From an uncultured Gemmatimonadaceae bacterium (GTDB lineage Bacteria; Gemmatimonadota; Gemmatimonadetes; Longimicrobiales; RSA9): a DNA stretch of 54,311 nt. How positions within the stretch are numbered: position 1 is the first letter of the stretch; the number at the start of each line of letters is the position of its first letter. Location: assembly GCA_964384585.1 (NCBI GenBank), contig CAYLME010000001.1, positions 1-54,311 of the forward strand. Direction: 5' to 3'. This document shows positions 45,237 to 54,311 of this stretch, piece after piece. The notes beneath the pieces were generated by a model. The model had not been told where the DNA came from. It saw only the letters and a program-made list of their open reading frames with translations, and ran no database searches. The translations under genes and the position numbers were made by a program.

Positions 45237-46784
45237 CTAGCGCCGCCCGCCGGTGGTGCCGCCGGGGAACGGCCCGCTGGTCCGCTCACGCAAGCGGTTC
45301 TCGAACTCCGCCTGCTGCGCCTGCAGCCGCGCCACGGACATGAGGATCACGCTGTCGCCTTCCTCGAGGCCGCTCACGACTTCGGTGTTGTCCCAGTCGT
45401 TGACGCCGAGCATGACGCGACGCGCCTCGATGGTTCCGTTGTTGATGACGAAGACGAAGCCGGGCCGTATGTCGCCGGCGCTGCCACGGCCAGTCTGTGC
45501 CATGGCGCCGCCTGTCTGCGCGCGACAGGAGCGCAGACGCGTGCGTTCGGCCTCGGTCAGTGCCTGCGGCCCACCGCCGCGGCGCATCTTCTCCATCAGT
45601 GCGGCGCACTCGTCGTCATCGACGCTGCCGGCCGCCACGGGAGCTGCGCCCGGGCCCTCAGGACTCGCCGGCTGCGCGCCGCGTTCGCGCTCCTGCGCGA
45701 CCTGGGACCCGGGCGACCCTGCGGGCGTCGCACGCTGTGCCGTCTCGGCGCGCGCGCCGTTGCCTGTACTGCCGTTCGCTGCCATACCGCCCCGCATCTG
45801 CTCACGCACCGCTTCGACATCGAGGCCGAGCACCTCCGCGGCCGTAGCAAGATCGCGTGCTCCCACCACTGCCGAGTTGGGCACGAGCAGGATGCCCGAC
45901 CGATCGGCAATCCGCACCTCGACGTCTGCGTTCATGCCGGGCTTCAGCAGGCCTTCGCGGTTGTCCAGGCGCACGAGCACGGGGAACATGGTGACGTTCT
46001 GCTCGACGACCGCCTGCGGCTCGATCTTGAGCACTTCGCCTTCGAATATGCGATCCGGATAGGCCTCGACGCGTACGCGCACGTTCAGGCCAGCGTCGAT
46101 GCGGCCGAGATCGGTTTCATCGACGAGCGCACGTACCTGCATTTCCGCGAGGTCGGCCATCGTCAACAGCGTGGTGCCGCCGGAGATGTTCTGGCTTGCG
46201 GACGCGATGATCTGCCCGATCTCGATCGTCTCGGCGATGACCGTGCCGTTGATCGGCGCGCGGATCGTCACGTCATTCAGCCGCTCGCGCGCGAGTTGCA
46301 GGTTCGTCTGCGCCTTGATGAACTGCGCACGCGCGTTGGCCTCCTCGAGCAGCGCACTTTCGAACTCCTGGTCCGTCACGACGTTCGCCGCACGCAGCTC
46401 CTCGGAGCGCTTGCGCTGCGCCTCGGCGGTCGCGAGCCGTGCACGAGCCACCTCGAGATCGGCGTCGGCCTGGTCGAATGCGTTGCGGACGTCGCGCGGA
46501 TCGATCCGTACCAGCAGCTGTCCGGTCGTGACGACGTCACCGGTCTCGATGTGGATTTCGGTGATCTCACCCGACGCCTTGGACTTCACCTCGACGAGCC
46601 GGATCGGCTCGATCTGACCCGCCGCTTCCGCAGTCACGGTCAGATCACCGCGGGTGACGGGCGCAGTCTCCATCATGCTGTTCGCGCCACCCTGACTTCC
46701 CTCGGTGCCATTGCATGCCACGAGCATGCAACCGATCAGCGGCAGCGCAGCCGCACGCATCGCACCGTTCACTCGGTTCCTCAC
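45237..46784 (-). CDS. efflux periplasmic adaptor (MacA/HlyD family) lipoprotein with an insertion of about 130 aa
   Basis: The lipobox is MLVAC. The lipoyl, hairpin and beta-barrel regions are recognisable ([25 protein letters not shown], coiled coil, [23 protein letters not shown]). The GTG start overlaps the ATPase stop (GTGA). Confidence 0.8.
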   Translation of the reverse strand: MRNRVNGAMRAAALPLIGCMLVACNGTEGSQGGANSMMETAPVTRGDLTVTAEAAGQIEPIRLVEVKSKASGEITEIHIETGDVVTTGQLLVRIDPRDVRNAFDQADADLEVARARLATAEAQRKRSEELRAANVVTDQEFESALLEEANARAQFIKAQTNLQLARERLNDVTIRAPINGTVIAETIEIGQIIASASQNISGGTTLLTMADLAEMQVRALVDETDLGRIDAGLNVRVRVEAYPDRIFEGEVLKIEPQAVVEQNVTMFPVLVRLDNREGLLKPGMNADVEVRIADRSGILLVPNSAVVGARDLATAAEVLGLDVEAVREQMRGGMAANGSTGNGARAETAQRATPAGSPGSQVAQERERGAQPASPEGPGAAPVAAGSVDDDECAALMEKMRRGGGPQALTEAERTRLRSCRAQTGGAMAQTGRGSAGDIRPGFVFVINNGTIEARRVMLGVNDWDNTEVVSGLEEGDSVILMSVARLQAQQAEFENRLRERTSGPFPGGTTGGRR

Positions 46785-47524
46785 AGAACGCCTCCGGTTG
46801 ATTCAGCGACGGGCGGCGTCCAGCTCCGCTCATCGCGCTCGATGACACCATCTTTCAGGAAGATCTGACGCCGCGCATGCTGTGCGATGTCGAGTTCGTG
46901 CGTGACGAGCACAATCGTCTGACCCTGGCTGTGCAGAGTATCGAACAGCGCCATGATCTCTGCACCAGTCTGCGAATCGAGGTTACCGGTCGGCTCGTCG
47001 GCCAGGAGGATCGCGGGGTTGTTGATCAGTGCACGTGCGATCGCGACGCGCTGACGCTGTCCACCGGACAGCTCGCTCGGCCGGTGCGTCATGCGGTCGC
47101 CGAGGCCGACCATCTCCAGCATCCGGCCAGCGCGGTCACGGCGATCCTTTGCACTCACGCCGGCATACACGAGCGGCAGCTCGACATTGTGCAGAGCGGT
47201 CGCGCGTGGCAGCAGATTGAACGTCTGGAAGACGAAACCGATCTCGCGGTTGCGGATGTGGGCGAGCTCGTCGTCCGTCAGCTGGGACACGGCGTGGCCG
47301 TTCAGCCAGTACTCACCGGCAGTCGGCGTATCCAGGCAGCCGATCAGGTTCATGAGCGTCGACTTGCCCGAGCCGGATGGACCCATGATCGCGATGTACT
47401 CATTACGGTCGACCACGAGGTCCACGCCGCGCAGCGCGTGCACGACTTCGGCGCCAAGTACGTAGTCCTTCCTGAGGCCCTCGATGCGGATGGCCACTTC
47501 GGACGGCCCGGCGGTCGTGCTCAC
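46781..47524 (-). CDS. ABC transporter ATP-binding protein (MacB/LolD type)
   Basis: The Walker A motif is GPSGSGKST, the ABC signature is [15 protein letters not shown], and the Walker B motif is [12 protein letters not shown]. Confidence 0.9.
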   Translation of the reverse strand: MSTTAGPSEVAIRIEGLRKDYVLGAEVVHALRGVDLVVDRNEYIAIMGPSGSGKSTLMNLIGCLDTPTAGEYWLNGHAVSQLTDDELAHIRNREIGFVFQTFNLLPRATALHNVELPLVYAGVSAKDRRDRAGRMLEMVGLGDRMTHRPSELSGGQRQRVAIARALINNPAILLADEPTGNLDSQTGAEIMALFDTLHSQGQTIVLVTHELDIAQHARRQIFLKDGVIERDERSWTPPVAESTGGVL

Positions 47525-48867
47525 AGTTGCCTCCCCACGAGTGCCTCGAGCTGCGCGCGTGCGATCATGTAGTCGTAGCGTGCATTCACGAGCGTCTGCT
47601 CGGCCTCGACCAGCGCCGTCTGCGACTGCAGCAGGTCGATGCTCGTCGCAGCGCCGAGGCGATAACGCTCCTCGACCACGCGCATGTCCTCCGCCGCGAC
47701 TTCCACTGCCTCGGCTGCGAGCACGATCTGCTCCTCGGCCAGCCGCAGGCTCGTCAGCACGCGCTCCAGGTCTGCGCGGATCTGGCGCCGTGACGCTTCG
47801 AGCTGGATCCTGCTCACGTTCATCTGCACGCTCGCGCGCTGCACGGCGTCTTCCCGGCTGAATCCGTTGAAGAGCGGATAGGAGAGCGAAAGCCGCGTGC
47901 TCCAGCTGGTGCGGCCGCCCGCGAACGACGCGTCCTGGTTGAACCAGTCATAGCCGCCGCTTGCGCGCAGTGTCGGGAAGTACTGCGTGCGCGCGGAGCG
48001 CAGACCCGCCTCGTTCGCGCTTACGTCCGCCTGCGCGGTCAGCACCATCGGCGACTCGCGCTCGACCAGCTGGACGAGCTCGTTGTCCGAGAGCGCGAGC
48101 GCAGCGGGCGCGATCTCTGCGCCGGGTGCCGCGGCCACCGGGCCGTCCGCGCCAACGACAGCGCCCAGAGCGTACGTGGCTGCGCGACGCTGCGACTGCG
48201 CCTGGAGCAACGCCTGGCGCGCCTGGTTCGCCTCGAGCTGAGCGCGCAGCACGTCCGAGCGTGTACCGGAGCCAACCGCCATGCGACGCTGCGCAGCCTC
48301 TTCGGACTGCTGCGCGCGCGTGACGCGCGCCTCCGCGACACGAATCAGTTCATCGGCGCGACGCACGTCGAAGAACGACTGCTTCGCCTGGAGCGCGACC
48401 GCGAAGCGCTGCTCGACCACGGACGCGAGTGCGGCATCCGTGTTCGCCCGCGCCTGGCGCATCTGCGCTCCCCGGCGGCCGGCGGTAAACACGTCTACGG
48501 ACGCGGACAGGCCTGCGCTGTAGCTGTCGCTCGAACCGCTGACCGTCGTGTTCGTCTGTGGATTGAAACGCTCGGTGCTGGAGAGCGATGCGCCCGAACT
48601 GAACGACAGGTTGGGCAGCCAGGTGCCGACCTGCACGCGTTCAGCCGACCGGGACGTCGTCACCGAACCGAGCCGCTGCGCGAGCGCGGGGCTGTGCTGC
48701 TGCGCAAGCTCGACGGCCTGATCGAGCGTTACGGTCGGCTCCTGCACAGCCTGTCCCGCACTTGGAGCCTGCTGAGCGAGCACCGGGTGCGGTGCTGCGA
48801 TCGTGGCTGCTGCGATCAGTGCGACGAGAGCGCACCGTGTCAGCACGGTGCGCGTGTTGGGAGTCAT
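47521..48867 (-). CDS. TolC-family outer-membrane efflux protein
   Basis: The ATG at 48867 gives [31 protein letters not shown], a signal peptide. The two-repeat OEP pattern is present ([17 protein letters not shown]..., ...[15 protein letters not shown]). The 588-aa track ORF is over-extended. Confidence 0.8.
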   Translation of the reverse strand: MTPNTRTVLTRCALVALIAAATIAAPHPVLAQQAPSAGQAVQEPTVTLDQAVELAQQHSPALAQRLGSVTTSRSAERVQVGTWLPNLSFSSGASLSSTERFNPQTNTTVSGSSDSYSAGLSASVDVFTAGRRGAQMRQARANTDAALASVVEQRFAVALQAKQSFFDVRRADELIRVAEARVTRAQQSEEAAQRRMAVGSGTRSDVLRAQLEANQARQALLQAQSQRRAATYALGAVVGADGPVAAAPGAEIAPAALALSDNELVQLVERESPMVLTAQADVSANEAGLRSARTQYFPTLRASGGYDWFNQDASFAGGRTSWSTRLSLSYPLFNGFSREDAVQRASVQMNVSRIQLEASRRQIRADLERVLTSLRLAEEQIVLAAEAVEVAAEDMRVVEERYRLGAATSIDLLQSQTALVEAEQTLVNARYDYMIARAQLEALVGRQL

Positions 48868-48868
48868 G

Positions 48869-49300
48869 CTACTGGTTCTCCTGAAGCTTCTTGCAGGCCT
48901 CTTCCTGGCGCTCACGCTTCTGACGACGTTCGGCGCGCCTGCGATCGGCCTCTGCCTGCTGCTCAGATGTGAGTACGTTTCGAATCTCGGCACGCGCCGA
49001 GTCCACGATCTGCTCCATGCGCGGACCGTTTTCGGCCCAGAACAGGTCCACCTGCTGCTTGCGCACTTCCAGAATCGCGTCGATGCGTGCCTTCTGGCTC
49101 GCATCCACCCCAAGGCTCTCGTAGTAGTTCCCGCGGTTGCGGTCGCGGTCCTCGCACTCGGGCTCGTCCGCCCGCGCGCTGTCACCGCGACCGGAGAGCT
49201 GTGCGACCGAGTATCCGCCGAGGCCACCGACTGCGAATGTCGCAGCAAGCAGCAATGCACCGGCGAACCGCAGCCGACCCGCTGCATTCGCTACCATCAT
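48869..49300 (-). CDS. membrane-anchored periplasmic LTxxQ/Spy-CpxP-like protein
   Basis: There is an N-terminal anchor (FAGALLLAATFAVGGLGG), followed by helical segments DASQKARIDAILEVRKQQ and VLTSEQQAEADRRRAE. The stop is 1 nt from the TolC start, and the start overlaps the upstream gene by 4 nt. Confidence 0.5.
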   Translation of the reverse strand: MMVANAAGRLRFAGALLLAATFAVGGLGGYSVAQLSGRGDSARADEPECEDRDRNRGNYYESLGVDASQKARIDAILEVRKQQVDLFWAENGPRMEQIVDSARAEIRNVLTSEQQAEADRRRAERRQKRERQEEACKKLQENQ

Positions 49301-49650
49301 CGTCCGTCTCCGATCAATGCCATCTCGAGATCACTCACCGTGGGATCCCGCTCCTCGTCGATCCACTGGAGTGCCGGCTCGGCGACGCCGAGCTGGTGCG
49401 CCACGCCATGGTTCACGCTCGGCGACGCATCACCGACGCTCTGCAGCAGCGCGCCGGTCGCGATGATGCCGACCACGGCCGCTGCGGCGAGCGCGGGCCG
49501 CAGCCACTGGCCGAGGACGACGAGAACGCCGTCGCGCTGTGCACGACGCGCCAGCTCCGGCGCGGCCGCTCGCATGATCGAGCGGACCCGCGCCTCGAAG
49601 CGATCCGCGTCCATGGAGAGCGCGTTGAGATCGATACGTTCGGGCTCCAT
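49297..49650 (-). CDS. single-pass membrane protein, putative anti-sigma factor (call based on position)
   Basis: The protein is 117 aa with one TM segment (ALAAAAVVGIIATGALL). It lies immediately after the ECF sigma gene and is translationally coupled to it (TGATG). I recognise no ZAS motif. Confidence 0.4.
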   Translation of the reverse strand: MEPERIDLNALSMDADRFEARVRSIMRAAAPELARRAQRDGVLVVLGQWLRPALAAAAVVGIIATGALLQSVGDASPSVNHGVAHQLGVAEPALQWIDEERDPTVSDLEMALIGDGR

Positions 49651-50210
49651 CAGCCCTCCCTTTCCTGTTCCGGCTTCAGCAGAACGCGCAACGCGCGTCG
49701 GGCCTGAAAGAGATGGTGGCGCACGGTGCCTTCCGGCATGCCGAGCAGCTCACCGATCTCGCGATGCTTCCATTCCTCCAGATCGTGCAGCAGCACGATC
49801 TGCCTCTGGTGCTCGGGCAGCGTGTCGAGCGCGGCACTCAACTGGTCCCGCAGCGCCGACCGTTCCGCGTCGCGACCAGGGTTCGCGTCGCCTGCCGCAT
49901 CGACCACCCATTCGAGTGGCGCTGCAGCACGTACCCGCTGCTTGCGCAGCGCGCTCAGCGCGCGATTCCGTACGATCCGGAGCAGCCACGCACCGAACCG
50001 ATGAGGCTCGGCAAGCGTATCGAGCTGCTGCAGTGCAGCGACGAACGAGTCCTGACAGACATCGTCTGCATCCGCCGGATCGCGGAGCACACCAACGGCG
50101 ACGGTATGGGCGGCATTCAGATGCCGGCGCACCAGCGCCTCGAATGCTGACTCGTCGCCGGCACGGGCACGAGCGACCAGTCCGGCGTCGCCTACATTCA
50201 TCGCCTGCAT
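49650..50210 (-). CDS. ECF (group 4) RNA polymerase sigma factor
   Basis: Region 2 reads ESAFEALVRRH...DADDVCQDSFVAALQQL. Region 4 reads IVLLHDLEEWKHREIGELLGMPEGTVRHHLFQARRAL. Confidence 0.85.
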   Translation of the reverse strand: MQAMNVGDAGLVARARAGDESAFEALVRRHLNAAHTVAVGVLRDPADADDVCQDSFVAALQQLDTLAEPHRFGAWLLRIVRNRALSALRKQRVRAAAPLEWVVDAAGDANPGRDAERSALRDQLSAALDTLPEHQRQIVLLHDLEEWKHREIGELLGMPEGTVRHHLFQARRALRVLLKPEQEREG

Positions 50211-50276
50211 TATCGACGCGCCAGCCCTGTTGAGCGTTGGAAACGAGCGCAGCGGGCAGGTATGCCGCAGCCAGCG

Positions 50277-50305
50277 TCAGACACCGGTGCGGGCAGGCGC
50301 GTTCC
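50277..50305 (-). promoter_or_regulatory. candidate autoregulated ECF-type promoter (GGAACGC-N17-TCTGA)
   Basis: On the minus strand, GGAAC lies at 50305-50301 and TCTGA at 50281-50277, about 65 nt upstream of the sigma-factor ATG. This resembles the RpoE/AlgU-type consensus GGAACTT-N16/17-TCTGA. It is pattern matching only. Confidence 0.3.
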
Positions 50306-50434
50306 AGTCATGGCAGGAAGAAATGCGGTGCGCCGCGGGGTGGACGGGCGCTGGCGGACCTGCTCACTGCAGGCGACCGGGCTCCGTGACGGCCGGGCAT
50401 TCGGCAATTCTGCCCGGTGGTCGCCGGGGGTGGG

Positions 50435-50824
50435 TCAGGACTGGCCGCGTGTCGTTACCTCGATCACGCCGCCGACATGCCCGGTGCCATAGCGCGTGGT
50501 CGCGTCGCTCGCGCTGAGGAAGCGCATTTCCTGCACGTCCATGCTGCGCAGGCTGCGCAGCACGTCCGGCGTGCCGTAGCGCACGCCGTTCACGTATACG
50601 ACCGGAAGGCTGGAGCTGGGATCCTGGATCGAGGTCTGGCCTCGCGGCGACAGGAAATGCGGCCGCAGTTGCTGTACTACTTCGTACGCCGTGCTGACGT
50701 TGACCGATTCGATCTCTGCCCGCGTGATCAGGTTGCGTGCGCCGAGGGATCGGCTCCTGCCGCTGCTGGCGCAGGCACTCACGAGAAGCGCAAGCAGCAC
50801 GAGATAGGAAATCCGCCGAATCAT
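50435..50824 (-). CDS. small lipoprotein resembling a stand-alone TonB-receptor Plug-like domain
   Basis: MIRRISYLVLLALLVSAC contains a lipobox. ...VYVNGVRYGTPDVLRSLRSMDVQEMRFLSASDATTRYGTGHVGGVIEVTTR resembles the plug-domain signature (VDG...I..IE.L.G..SA.YG....GVI.I.T+). Confidence 0.45.
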   Translation of the reverse strand: MIRRISYLVLLALLVSACASSGRSRSLGARNLITRAEIESVNVSTAYEVVQQLRPHFLSPRGQTSIQDPSSSLPVVYVNGVRYGTPDVLRSLRSMDVQEMRFLSASDATTRYGTGHVGGVIEVTTRGQS

Positions 50825-51026
50825 CGGATGGCTCCGTCAGGGGTATGCGCGATTCTACCGCCGCGAGCGCTTCGGCCGCAACGGGATCGGGACGGATCTG
50901 CGCCGGCGATGCGTTGCGGCGCGTGGGACACGGATGTACGGTTCCCTACACCTCACAAGGATGCGCCCGGCACCGCACGCCGATTACGCGTGCGGCCGCC
51001 GTCGCCAATCACGCCCGGAGAAGCTC

Positions 51027-52613
<1,587 letters not shown>

Positions 52614-52623
52614 CCTGTTCATC

Positions 52624-52944
52624 AACCGCTGAGCGCGCGAAGGACGCTGAGGTTCAACAGCAACGGAATTTTACGACTGAGGACACAGCGGACACGGAGT
52701 CTGCGTTGGCTGCGTGAAGCGCAGCGACAGTTGCGGATTTCTTTTTTGGGTTGCTTTCCGGACGGCGAAGGTTGATCGCGTTGCGTCACCTGCGTGGACG
52801 TGGAAGCTGACTACAACAAGGGTATGCCAGCTGTGCATCGCAACAGCGGATTCGCGGTGAGTTGCTCCGTGTTCTCTGTGCCCTCTGCGGTAGAAGAATT
52901 CCGTTGCTGTTGGTTTCTCAGCGCCCTTTGCGCCCTCAGCGGTT
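52624..52944. repeat. 321-bp non-coding element with imperfect inverted arms of about 76-80 bp (MITE-like or structured RNA; nature unknown)
   Basis: The left arm (52624-52699) and right arm (52865-52944) are reverse complements with roughly three-quarters identity by eye, including a perfect core CAACAGCAACGGAATT / AATTCCGTTGCTGTTG. GC content is visibly lower than in the flanks, and a T-run lies at 52737-52750. No credible ORF is present. Confidence 0.6.
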
Positions 52945-52955
52945 AGACTGGAGTT

Positions 52956-54211
52956 CTATCGAGGTGGCAGGACATCGTGCCCGGCCAGGTCCCGGTAGGT
53001 GGCATAGCCGCCGCTGCGAACCCGGTCGATGAAGCTGCCGGCGGGTTGCGCGAGCTGGACGCTGCCATAGCCGGGAACGGCATGGCTGGCGAGTGAGGGT
53101 GGGCCGCCGCGGAAGACGGAGCGGATGAAGAGGGCGTCGTCGTGCCAGGGGAGCCGGGCAACATTGTCGGCGAACGCTCCGAAGGTGCCGCTCCGGAACA
53201 GGTAGTACTCGACGTTGGACGTGTAGAACACGCGCACTTCAGTCTCGTCCGCCTGCAGCTCTTCGGCGATCGCGCGCAGCGCATGCGTGCCCGAGAAGTC
53301 ACCGATGACCGGGATGATCCTGTCCTGCTGCTGCATCTGACGCAGGTACCGGTAGGATGCCTCATCGACGAACGCGCCTGCAGCAACGCCGTTGCGATCC
53401 GTTTCTGTCAGGAGGTCGCGCAACGTGGGATAGTGTGCCAGCGGTGCGCGGCCGTGACTTTCGAAACGCAGTGACAGGCCCTGCGCGGCGAACGCCTGGT
53501 GTATGCGCGCGATCGTCGCGTGGTCCTCGTCGTCGAGCGGATAGCCGTAACGCTCGATGCGCGCCCGCACATCGCGCTGCACGCGCGCCAGTTCCTCCGG
53601 ATCCGCCGGCGTGCTGTCGATCCACCTGACGATCTCCTCCAGCGTTTTGTCGCCCTGGTCATCCGGATCCGCCGATGCGACTGCAGACCTGGAACACCGG
53701 ACGCAGTCTGCGCAGGTGAACCGGCAGAATGGATACTGCCCGATACGGCATCGCGATCGTGCGACGCCAGCGATCGGCCGGTCAGACCGGCCAGGTATGC
53801 CACTCGATCCGGGGAGCGTTCGAACAATGCCTTGAACAACAGGTGCACCAGCAGGTTGTCGCGGCGAATGTCCAGAATGTACGCGACATGCGGTCGCAAT
53901 AGCGCGATGTACGCGAAATTCTGATCGGGGCCGACGCCGATGTACGCACCGCCACCGGCGCGCACGCGCAGTGCGGGCGCCACGTGCAGGTAGGAGCGCT
54001 CGTTCGAGATGAGGTTGTCGGTGTCGAAATAGCCGCCCGGCTCGGACAGGCGGAGGATATGCGCGCCGAATGTCGTGTCACGCTGCACGCGCGGGCCGGC
54101 CGAAACCAGCTCCCACGGCAACGACTCCAGCGACCGCGGCGGCGCCACGAAGAGTACGCCGCCCAGCACCATGGCCAGTACCGCCGCCACTGCAATCGAT
54201 CGCGTACGCAT
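52956..54211 (-). pseudogene. conserved hypothetical secreted/anchored protein interrupted by an apparent frameshift (or a sequencing error)
   Basis: The N-terminal half is in one frame (track ORF 53408-54211): MRTRSIAVAAVLAMVLGG...ISNERSYLHVAP...YIGVGPDQNFAYIA...YILDIRRDNLLVHLLFKALF, which decays to Arg-rich nonsense after about aa 150. The C-terminal half is in another frame (52956-53582 and upstream): DPDDQGDKTLEEIVRWIDSTPADPEELARVQRDV...VIGDFSGTHALRAIAEEL...VFYTSNVEYYLF. The second frame is open upstream of its GTG but contains no ATG/GTG/TTG there. Confidence 0.5.
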
Positions 54212-54311
54212 GGATGGTCCTCCGCTACGGCCGGAAAATGGAGTATACCGTCGTACTCACGGCTGCGGCAGCATTTTTTTCGTCACGGCGCGCGTTGCGT
54301 CCGGCACTGCA

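Noticed and set aside
52956-53582. Treating 52956-53582 and 53408-54211 as two independent overlapping genes
   Set aside because: The downstream frame continues upstream as sensible protein sequence without any start codon. The upstream ORF's last roughly 115 codons are Arg-rich nonsense overlapping it. A single frameshifted gene explains both ORFs better.

Overview
This window is a very GC-rich, gene-dense stretch of bacterial chromosome, and the gene content looks Gemmatimonadota-like (unverified). I support about 48 protein-coding genes, mostly housekeeping, envelope and stress functions. From left to right they include: a 3'-truncated corA; an AddA/AddB-type helicase-nuclease pair; msrPQ coupled to a GMC flavoprotein; rmuC; a penicillin-acylase-family lipoprotein; murB; a histone-H1-tail/SWIB protein; an Sfp-type PPTase; a TPR / TreT-like GT4 / psd operon; a LigD-type 3'-phosphoesterase protein; a PAS-GGDEF-EAL protein; an NDH-2 operon; an M15/LysM peptidoglycan hydrolase; an MFS transporter; a BNR protein; a seven-gene ECF-sigma / TolC / MacAB-like operon; and an M20 amidohydrolase. 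By eye I found no rRNA, tRNA, CRISPR array, transposase, integrase or phage genes, and no classical defence island. Many long ORFs in the track are antisense or out-of-frame artefacts of the high GC content. The observations most worth follow-up are: (1) an intact LigD phosphoesterase domain fused to a ligase nucleotidyltransferase domain in which every catalytic residue I can place, including the motif I lysine, is substituted, and which has no OB fold; (2) a tightly coupled operon of ECF sigma, membrane protein, anchored LTxxQ protein, TolC and an ABC tripartite pump, with a second LTxxQ protein convergent to it, resembling a CnrYXH-like sensing module attached to a MacAB-type pump; (3) a 321-bp non-coding element with roughly 76-80-bp imperfect inverted arms and a motif repeated four times, sitting between convergent genes; (4) an apparently frameshifted conserved gene next to that element. 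All functional calls come from motif recognition by eye, and no database search was run.
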